DNA from: Octopus bimaculoides
Taxonomy: Eukaryota
Reading direction: 5' to 3'
Length of the DNA: 64,000 nucleotides
Assembly: GCF_001194135.2 (NCBI RefSeq)
Contig: NC_068984.1
Coordinates: 102,946,901-103,010,900 of the forward strand
The notes below the pieces were generated by a model, which did not search any database, had not been told where the DNA came from, and saw only the letters and a list, made by a program, of their open reading frames with translations. The stretch's first letter is position 1. Each line of letters starts with the position of its first letter. This document shows positions 53,943 to 64,000 of this stretch, in pieces. Position numbers and translations under genes: made by a program.

Positions 53943-54618
53943 GGATCTTTTTGGTTTGACGGGCAACATTTTTCATTTATGTTTTATGTAGTGTTTTTGG
54001 TACCGAAACACTTTCAAACTTCGTATACTTGTATATTTTGTGTTATAGAACAGATAAAAAATTTTGTATTCGAAGTTATTTCATGTTAAAAATTGTCTTA
54101 TTTCGATAATTTCAACCAATCACTGACGTCTATTCAGTTGAATACAGTTACTGCTGTGGCGGTGTATATGGTATTAATTCCTGTTAGTTCTGACATTTCC
54201 GATATGCTTATTTTTTCAATTAGCGAAAAATTGTTACAAACACAGATGCGCACAGCGTAATTTATTATATAAACAATATATGCGTATAAATTACCATTTT
54301 TCTGTAATTTTGTCTGCTTCAAAAGAAAACAAACCAAAACACCGGATGAAATATGTCAACAGGGAATAACAGTTTTGTCACCGGCAAAAAATTATTGTTT
54401 ACAAAACAGCAGTAACTGTATTCAGTTGAATAGACGTCAGTGATTGGTTGAAATTACAGAAATACGACAACTTTAACATGAAATAACTTGCGATGTACAA
54501 TTTTTTGTTAAGAAGGCTAAGAGAAAAAGTTGTTTTATATGACACATTCTACCAGTGTCCCAAGTTTGAAAGTGTTTCGTTAAGAAAACAAGTGTTGCCC
54601 GTCAAGCCAAAAAGATCC
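53943..54618. mobile_element. 676-bp MITE with long (~200-bp) TIRs and an 8-bp TSD
   Basis: Ends GGATCTTTTTGGTTTGACGGGCAAC / rc; inner arm TTTCAACCAATCACTGACGTCTATTCAGTTGAATACAGTTACTGCTG mirrored; flanks CAAGTCGA / CAAGTGGA. Confidence 0.88.
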
Positions 54619-54634
54619 CAAGTGGATTATAATA

Positions 54635-54820
54635 ATAATTTTTTGTTATCAAGGCTCAAGGCCAGAAATTTTTGAGGGGAGGGTAAGTCAGAACTAGCGT
54701 CCTCGGTATTTGACTGGTACTGCTTATTTTATCGATCTTGAAAGGCAAACGTAATTTCAGCAGGATTTGATCCCTGAACGTAAACGACTGGAATTTCTAG
54801 CGCAAAGCATTTTGTCCCAC
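54635..54820 (-). mobile_element. SINE family A, diverged (a shorter piece also at ~53712-53815)
   Basis: Rc of the family A tail and body. Confidence 0.6.
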
Positions 54821-55343
54821 AGTTTAAAGGTTGTCAATCAAGTGTCAGTATTAATTAATAACCAGCCATATCCGTGGAATTACCCCGCTTATTAAGAGTA
54901 TGAAAATCTGTTAAAGAATTATCACGTTGTTGCTTCATAGCAGAATAATGTCATATATAGATTTATTCTTCGATTTCGTACAATTGTTTAGAGCATTGGC
55001 TGTATACATTATTCTTTCAACAATCCTAAAATAATTTTAATGTTCACTGCCAAATCGTTACTGTTTATAACCACTGCCTCCATTTATCTAACCATACCGA
55101 CGTCATCAGCAGAACAAACTATTACATCTCTCTGGTTATTCGTGCTTGTGTGAGTGAGAGAGAGAGGTGGGGAGAGACTCTGTGTGTGTGTATGTATGTG
55201 TGTGAAAGAGAGAGAGAGAGACCACCTATCACAACATCCTCTTCAACTGTATCTCTTCATCTCATTTGCCCGCAATTTGCTTTCCTCTCCACCACCACAA
55301 TGACAACAGGTGCCTACAGACCTCAGATCATCAGATACACAAG

Positions 55344-55389
<46 letters not shown>

Positions 55390-55935
55390 AACACATACAC
55401 ACACGCACGCACACAAACACACATCCACCCATCCATCTATCCATCAGTCCAACAATTCATACACATACATGTGTACTTACACACACACACATACAAACAT
55501 AAAAACTACACATAAAAACATACGAACACAAAAAACAACATACACATTTTTCTGCGCGTTTATATTGCATATGTATATATATATGCACATGCACTTTTTT
55601 CCCTCTCTGTCAATCAATATTTTAATTCTCTCACTCTCTTCCCTCTTTGCTTGTTTGTCTCCCTTTCTCTTTTTTCACTTACCATTATCATCATTAACGT
55701 CACCGCAGCCAACATACCAAACACGCTTATGCTTCTCTCTCACCACCCTTAGCGTAATGGATCCCCTTTGTACGGCATTAATAATAATAATTCTTTATGT
55801 TGGCCATACGTTGGGCCCAAGACATTAAGGTATAATACAACTTCGCAATAAAATTTAAAGTGAGGTTTCACTCGAGTAAGGAGAAGAAAATATCAACAAA
55901 ACACTAGATATAACAATAGAATATCATCAAGATAG

Positions 55936-56323
55936 TGGAGGCGCAATGGCCCAGTGGTTAGGGCAGCGGATTCGCGGTTATAGTATCGCAGTTTCGATTC
56001 CCAAACCGGGCGTTGTGAGTGTTTATTGAGCGAAAACACCTAAAGCTCTATGAGGCTCCGGTAGGGGATGGTGGTGAACCCTGCTGTACTCTTCCACCAC
56101 AACTTTCTCTCACTCTTACTTCCTGTTTCTGTTGTGCCTGTAATTCAAAGGGTCAGCCTTGTTACACTGTGTCACGCTGAATACCCCTGAGAACTACGTT
56201 AAGGGTACACGTGTCCGTGGAGAGCTCAGTCACTTGCACGTTAATTTCACGAGCAGGCTGTTTCGTTGATAGGATCAACTGGAACCCTCGATGTCGTAAG
56301 CGACGGAGTGCCAACAAACAAAA
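55936..56323 (+). mobile_element. tRNA-derived SINE family C, full length with TSD
   Basis: A box TGGCCCAGTGG, B box GTTTCGATTCC; flanks ATCATCAAGATAG (55923-35) / ATCCTCAAGATAG (56324-36). Confidence 0.9.
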
Positions 56324-57811
56324 ATCCTCAAGATAGCATCCTCAGTAATCGGGATCACTCGCTGGGGCAAATCGGATGAAAACAATGCACAAACTGAAAG
56401 TTTACTCAGAGTATAAGAAGCATTAAAAGTAATCCCTCCTAGTTTCTTCTCTCACATCTAGAAATAGGTTCATCAAACCTCGTCAGTTTTCCCATTCACA
56501 TTCATACATAAAGGTAACTCTCATCAAACCTAAAATTTCCTTAGTTTTCCAGTCCTCAAGCCCTTCAAAGGCGTCTATCTAAAACTTCTTTGACGATAGC
56601 CACCAGGCAGAGGAGGACCGGTCGCCTTTCCCAGCGAAAGGAAGAAAGAAAAAAAGAAATAACGAAAAAGACTCAGTTTAATGAAATCATGTGAACATAA
56701 AAGCAATAATTCTAAAGCTGAAAAAAATGCTTTGAGCTGTTGCTTGATGTAATTCTATAATTAAAAACTAAATTGAAAATTAAAATTTTGGAACACATTA
56801 TTTACTTGCTCTTTTGTAAAATAAGACCAGTTTTCAATGCCTCACTGAAATAATGAAGTTTTCAATGGCAATATATGTGTGTGCGTATTTGTGTATGTGT
56901 GTTCGTATGTGTGTCTGTGTGTAAATGGGTGGGTGTATGTGTATGTGTGTGTCTTTAACGGCCGATGGTCAATCTAAGGTCACTATGCTCAGTCATGCAT
57001 TGAAAGAAGGAATCTGAACTCGATACTATAACTTCTTTCTATCAATCTCTTCATCTATCTCTTTCCACATCCATAATCCCTCTCACACTCATAAACAATA
57101 CACACACGCGAGCACACGCACACACCGACATACACAAACATACACACACATACAGATACATACATACATTTTTTGGAGTGTTTTGTTTTTTGGAGTGTTT
57201 TCTGTCAATGTCAAAAAGGAACTACAATTAATTTCCATGGGCATTGTGACTGCTTTGGAAATGGGTAGCAAAGTGATTTTTAATTGAATGAATTGATGTC
57301 ACTAATGTAGTTAAAACTATGGTTATTTATTTAAAAAGAGGATCCATTACATTTTTAAAGATATGTTTGGTTATTGAAAGAAAGCATCTGCATGCAAGTT
57401 GCTGAGAGGTAGGTCCCCCTTATATTGAGTGCTACATATCCTTCATAGCAGGAGGGCCCTATATCTATTGCATGCCGCGGGCAATTGCCCTCTTCGACCC
57501 CCTATAAATCCGGCCTTGCTTGGATGTACAGCTCAAATTGCCTTTGTCAATGCACAAGGTGGTCCTTGTCTGCTCATAATCCACCATAGAATGTGAATGT
57601 TGTTTTTGTGAACCATTCTATTATCCAACTAGTGGAAATCAGTATAAGCCTAGCATCCTTCTCGATGTCTAACACTCAACCTCGATCTGTGCTTGAATCA
57701 TCACACAAGTAAGTCAAGGATACTAGCTGTAGAACGGTGTGTCGATGAAAAGTGTCCAATCTAGCGCGCCTTCTCTTCTCTCGTCCCGCATTGCAACGTT
57801 TTTCTTATAGC

Positions 57812-57860
<49 letters not shown>

Positions 57861-58658
57861 CGTGTGTGTGTGTGTGTGTGTGTGTGTGTATCTGTCTGTC
57901 TGTCTGTCAGTGTCTGTATGTGCGTGTGTGTGTANNNNNNNNNNNNNNNNNNNNNNNNNNNNNNNNNNNNNNNNNNNNNNNNNNNNNNNNNNNNNNNNNN
58001 NNNNNNNNNNNNNNNNNNNNNNNNNNNNNNNNNNNNNNNNNNNNNNNNNNNNNNNNNNNNNNNNNNNNNNNNNNNNNNNNNNNNNNNNNNNNNNNNNNNN
58101 NNNNNNNNNNNNNNNNNNNNNNNNNNNNNNNNNNNNNNNNNNNNNNNNNNNNNNNNNNNNNNNNNNNNNNNNNNNNNNNNNNNNNNNNNNNNNNNNNNNN
58201 NNNNNNNNNNNNNNNNNNNNNNNNNNNNNNNNNNNNNNNNNNNNNNNNNNNNNNNNNNNNNNNNNNNNNNNNNNNNNNNNNNNNNNNNNNNNNNNNNNNN
58301 NNNNNNNNNNNNNNNNNNNNNNNNNNNNNNNNNNNNNNNNNNNNNNNNNNNNNNNNNNNNNNNNNNNNNNNNNNNNNNNNNNNNNNNNNNNNNTATATAA
58401 TTTCTCAAAATACAATGTTTATATACCAAAAAGATTTTCTAACATTTTTCTAACATTTTTCTAACATTTTTCTGACATAATTTAAATATATACTTTAACC
58501 ATGTAACACAAGCCTTCTGTAGTTTTTTCACTCTTATTATCTTTTATACATCCAACCACGTGCTTTCACATACCAACTTTCTGACCTATATATATATATA
58601 TATATATACACGCGCGCGAACACACAGACACATACACACACATGCATACACACACATA

Positions 58659-58698
<40 letters not shown>

Positions 58699-59570
58699 TG
58701 TGTGTGTGTATAACGAATTTAAAATAAAATGTAAAAGTGTAATAGATAAAGATATTATATAGCAGCACGAACAACAATGACAATTAAAAAACTGAGTAGC
58801 AAATTCACCGTTTGCCGCTGCTGTCAATTATTTTCATATCAATCCAGTGTAGATTGATTAGTTATATGTGGAATCAAAGTGCAATTCTAATGCATTAAAA
58901 TGAAGAGTAAATGAGCGGCGAAAAACGGTAATGTTGCAGAAATAAAGAGGTAAATGTATTAAAAGTGTTGATAGTGCCAACATTGAAGAATGGCAAGAAT
59001 TCAAGGAATTCAGAGTGCGATATAAAAATACATATATGCATCCGACAGCTTCACTCTTACATATCATATGACAATGATGAAGTGTCTGTTCTGTATGTGT
59101 GTATACGTATGTGCATGCGTGTGTGCGTGTGTGCGTGTTTGTGTGTGTGTGCGCGCGTATTTGATTGCATGTGAGCGTGTATGGTTGTGCATCTATGCGA
59201 ATGTTGATAGAAGTGCGTGACATTTATTTACAGCCATAGGAACGCGTTAGCAACACAACACACGGACATTCATATATAAATGAGCGTCACACGCGCGCAC
59301 ACACACAGACACCCTCACACACACACAATAATGCATGATTAGATTTAATCTTTTAATCTTTTGACATGGTATTTCTGGCATTGCTTAATCGCTCCCTTTC
59401 TTTCTTTCTTTCTTTGTCACTGCATCTATATGCATACATTTATGTATATATACACATAGAGTTACAAACATATATACACATTTATGTATATATGCACGTA
59501 AGTACACAGAACTAAATTAATGATAAATCAAAATATTAATATTAATGATATTAATATTATAAACTTAAGC

Positions 59571-60005
59571 AAGGCGGGAGCTGGCAGAATCGTAAGCACG
59601 CCGGGCGAATTGCATAGCGGCATTTCGTCTGTCTTAATGTTCTGAGTTGAAATTCCGCCGAAGCTGACTCTGCGTTTCAGAGTCGATAAAATAAAGACTA
59701 GTTAAACACTGGGGTTCACGTAATCGACTTAGCTACACTCCTGAACTTACTGTTCTTTTGCCAAAATTTGAAATTAATATTATAAAATTAAACAAAGCGG
59801 TGAGCTGGCAGAATCATTAACACGCCGGGCGAAAAGAGCAGCATTTCTTCTGTCTTCGTGTTCTGAGTTCAAATTCCGCCGCGATCGACTTTGTCATTCA
59901 TTCCTTTCCGGTTCGATAAAGCTGGGGGTCGATGAAATCAACTAGCCCCACCCACGAACCTGCTGGCCATGTGCCAAAATTTAAAACTAATATTAGAAAA
60001 TTAAG
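59571..60005 (+). mobile_element. Two head-to-tail SINE family A copies
   Basis: Heads at 59571 and ~59795. Confidence 0.85.
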
Positions 60006-60559
60006 TACTGCCTCACATAGACTAACATAGGTGTACAGTCAAATCAAATAACGACATGTATTCGATAAAGTAACTGAACACGATACAGTGAAACACGAAG
60101 TGATAATGATATATTTCACGTGTCGACTTCATTTCCTATATGATTGCCTCAGCACTTTAAATGTTGACTTAATTAGACTTTATGATTCTCTAAACAGTTA
60201 TGGTTTAATTAGAGTTCTATATTTTGAATAAAGCTAATAATACTATAAAGGTTGCAGAATTCTGAAATAACTTTTAACTAGTGTAGTATATTGGTTGTTT
60301 CCTCTATTAATGATGTGTCGGATTTAATTAAGTTGGTGGGTGTATGAGGGTTCCTCAATGTCTAAACTAATATTAAGTCCTGCTAGACGTTATTAATTGT
60401 TGATTTCATTATGTTTGGAAAGTTCGCGCCTGTAAAAGTGGCTGGAAGTCTCTTTCTGCTATCTACAAATATACATTTATACTAATTTAGAAATTTTCTT
60501 TCTTCAAAATCATTGGGTTAACACTTTCTGTTATATGTTCGTGTAAAAGAAAGCCAGTG

Positions 60560-61150
60560 AATCATTAATTATATACACTAAGTGTATACTGTCTGGTAAC
60601 CTTTAATGTATTGATAGCATATATTTAGCTTTTGATCATGGAAAGTATTAACAAGAATATGCGAAGGTGGGGTTATTTTGTAGATAGACGAGAAAAGTGT
60701 GTAAAAGAGTAAGAGTAGCAATGCTGTCAGGTTAAATTTTAATAATTCTGGAAGTAGAACTTGAAAAGTCATATTAAACTCGAGGGAGTTGTAACTATTG
60801 GTTTCCTTCAAATGTTCGATAATAATGGATCTTCCTTAGTTTCGGAATGTCTGTGAAAATCTCTGTGTTAATAGCTTTAATAATTTATTCATTGTATTTG
60901 AAATACTCGTTGCTAATGGATTTGTGAAATTTAAACTTCGTTTTGCGACAAATATGAAAATGAAGAGACAAGATTTTGATATCATGAATGATGTATGGAA
61001 TAATCTACAGTAATAAACCATTTAGTTATGTTCTTCAAGTCCATGAGTTATAACGTTGTCGGATATTTAAGTTCATCCGCTTCTGGAATTGACTAAATAA
61101 CTACGAGTAATATATTCAGTCTGGTTATTCAGTTATATCCTGTTTAAAGA
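60560..61150 (-). mobile_element. Decayed CR1/L2-like RT C-terminal remnant
   Basis: Fragments such as IPEADELKY..DLK..W resemble the 'KYLGV.I..DLKW' region; no ORF. Confidence 0.3.
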
Positions 61151-61389
61151 AAGAGAGATTTAAAATATATATCATCATGTTTTTCTTATCGATATCAGTT
61201 TAGAAAAATCAATAAAATCTAGTGATCACAATTCATCTCCCTAAACAACTACCTAAGTTTTCCAATCAAAATTCCTTCTTTTATTCTGTTCTCATTAACC
61301 ATAGAGAACATATAGGCTTGAATCTCATAAGTCTATGCCCGTTTACCTCTTCAGAAACAATTTATTTAGGCAGTGTTATAAATACTATT

Positions 61390-61636
61390 GTGGAGGCGCG
61401 TGGCTTAGTGGTTATGATATCCCCATCATGATCATAAGATTGTGGTTTCGATTCCTGGACCAGGCGACGCGTTGTGTTCTTGAGCAAAACACTTCACTTC
61501 ACGTTGCTCCAGTCCACTCAGCTGGCAAAAATGAGTAACGCTGCGATGGACTGCGTCCCGTCCAGCTGGGAAACACAAACGCCATTGAAACCGGGAAACC
61601 GGTCCCACGAACCTGGCTAGGCTTTATTTATTTTTT
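61390..61636 (+). mobile_element. tRNA-derived SINE (family C head and central box, different tail) with a perfect 14-bp TSD
   Basis: GTGGAGGCGCGTGGCTTAGTGG...GGTTTCGATTCC; TTATAAATACTATT at 61376-89 and 61637-50. Confidence 0.9.
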
Positions 61637-62009
61637 TTATAAATACTATTATTTAGAGAGTCTGACAAAACACTATAACTTATCTGAGTTCGAGCCCCCT
61701 TGACATCAACTTGCATTTTGCTTCGTCGAAAACGCTTGATAAATAAAGTACTTATGTTAAGTTATTCGATAAGCTAGCCTTCTATGGATAAAAAAAGACC
61801 CTGGAGATGCACGTTAATGTACTGAAGTGTTAAGTCGGACTGAAGGGTCCCTAACAATTTTAGACTATAACTGTTCTTGGCCTAGACAATACGAGACTGT
61901 GAGATCGATACAGTTGAATTTACATTTGAACAACATTTGAACATGGACACAACTTTATTTCCCATTGTTTTCGTCGACCCTGAAATGCGAAAGATTTCGT
62001 GGATGCTTA

Positions 62010-62260
62010 GGCAGATGATAGTTAAGTCCTCCGGTTAGAAAATAAGTAAGTCCCCTGGATAGGTAATAGTTAAGTTCTCTAGGTAGGTGCTAGATTTTTC
62101 CTCTGGGTAGGTATTAGATAAGTCCTTTATGAACATTTTTATGAATCCAGAGGATATTATCTAAGCCCTCCAAGTAGATAATATACTTGCCCTCTGAGAA
62201 GGTAATAGATAAGTTCTCTAGATAGACAATATCTAAGTCTTCTGGATAGGTAAATGATCA
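62010..62260. repeat. Diverged ~24-bp minisatellite
   Basis: Recurrent (G/T)ATAAGT(C/T)CTCTGG(A/G)TAGGTAATAG-like units. Confidence 0.6.
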
Positions 62261-63962
62261 GTCGTCTAAGGGACTGCTGTACACCAGCGACACACCGTTC
62301 CACAGGGGCTGCTATACATCAGCATTCCATAATCACAATAAGAACCTGTAGTCAATGAGAGATTGAAAACTTTGTTTTAGGATTCAGTACCGATTTGTCT
62401 AACGTTTGCCTTCACGAACGTTTAAGAAAATTTGTACTTATCAGCTCAAGCTTAAAACATATTCGTTAATTATATTTATAAAACATACTCGTTACGTTCA
62501 TGCATTCTGCAGGAGTTAATTGGTTTAAGATAGAAAAAGTTTAAGTATATACACTTATTTTGAAAATGCCTTACATTATATTAAGCTATTTCAATTGTTC
62601 ACTTTAAACTATACATCATCGAAGTTATGCGGTTGTGTCTTTCATTCGATTTTGGTTTTGACCAAGCACGTTCATTGATATACTAGTAAAATACATGAAC
62701 TTTATACTTTGTCTTGAATGACGCTTGTCTAACCCACTTACCTCTAAAGAGTTCACTACTGTAATATCGTGGGACTGTTATAATTAGTACGTATTTCTAG
62801 AATTACAAACTGAATTCATTGACAGTAGAAAATTACTACTACTTGGTGTTCTACTGGAAAGCACCCGTATTACATATCCGTTCGATCAGAGCTGACCTTG
62901 AACTACACAGCAACCCTAAAACTTCTACAGATTCTTTTATGATGATAATCCTGTTATTCTACTGCAGAATTAACGAACTATGCCGCTTTTGAATATATAA
63001 CGATTGCTATATGTGCCGTAGATTGGAAACAGGTCACAGGCAACCTATTTCTAATTTCAGAATTACTTAGTGATTACAGATCGCAACAATTTCAGTTTAC
63101 ATATGTTGTTAATACTCCAACAGAAATCCTTCAACATCCCTACCTTCCTCTTACCCTATAAATCTCAGTCTTCTATCCACGAAAGAAACAATTAACACTA
63201 GTAATATAGTGGGGGAGGGCGTTATCAAATTATCATTAATTTATCATCATTAACACAGTTAACTGGTGTAAGTGGCAGCGGGAAAAATTAAGTTACTTAT
63301 CGTTAATTCGTTCCCTTAATTACACCGAATGAGCAGTAAATCCCATCTGATTAATGACTGTCCGCAGTCAATGAGTGCCTTCAGCTGTTTTGTACATTTA
63401 ATGAAAACATTCTGGGAGTGGATCATTAGTGAGGTTTCAGTGAAGTAACAAGTAGAGAACAAGAGCAGGAGATATTTAGATACACAGGCTCAAACTGGCT
63501 ATCTCCTAATATGTATTGAAGCGATGTCGAACTGCCAACCGAAGGATTAGTAGTTCGCTTCCCGTACTGATACACTGAGCAATAGCCATGATTAAAGACG
63601 CTTCAAACATTCATCTTTTGATGGTTCAGTTGAGCAAATATACGGATACACTTTGCAACACATGTTTCATGAGTAATAAATTCAAATTTCTCATGAACTT
63701 GGAACGCTTTATAGAAAAACTCACGATTATTTTGATTTAGATCAAACAGTCGATTCTTCATTGTCAGACTTGGCAATGGATTTCAGTCTTGAAACAGATT
63801 AGCGGCTACACGAGATGGTTGGTTTATGAGAGTCCGATGGCCCTTTACTGGTTGATGTTGATTATATGTGTATGCGTGTGTGCGCGCGTGTATGTGTGTA
63901 TGTATATATATATATATGTATTTATATATACTTATGTATTAGCATGCATTTTCATACATGAA

Positions 63963-64000
<38 letters not shown>

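Noticed and set aside
55936-56010. Possible tRNA gene (same question for 61390 and 27709)
   Set aside because: A/B boxes are present but the cloverleaf is imperfect, and the head continues into a SINE body with TSDs.

Overview
AT-rich, repeat-saturated animal genomic scaffold with several N gaps. The SINE families look like those described from Octopus, so a coleoid cephalopod source is inferred, not proven. I found no intact host protein-coding gene, rRNA/tRNA gene or CRISPR array. Most ORFs in the supplied track are microsatellite or gap artefacts. Interpretable content is decayed mobile DNA: five R4/Dong-clade non-LTR copies tied to (TAA)n tracts, two Tx1/L1-clade 3' ends, two Penelope-like (PLE) remnants, CR1/L2-like scraps, two Tc1 copies, a mariner, a DD37D/maT-type element, a hAT element with TIRs and TSD, a Helitron-type helicase remnant, three MITEs, many tRNA-derived SINEs and three minisatellites. 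Best leads: (1) a type I hammerhead ribozyme fold at 17867-17938 (-) inside a 338-bp unit with ~80-bp terminal redundancy (retrozyme/PLE-like; stem II decayed); (2) a 219-bp insertion in the mariner ending at a hammerhead-like GAAAC; (3) a SINE-head/Dong-tail chimera; (4) SINEs stacked head-to-tail at one target site; (5) an inverted templated copy splitting the maT transposase; (6) a 54-bp hairpin minisatellite. Coordinates of decayed elements are approximate (+/- 10-30 bp) unless TIR/TSD-defined.
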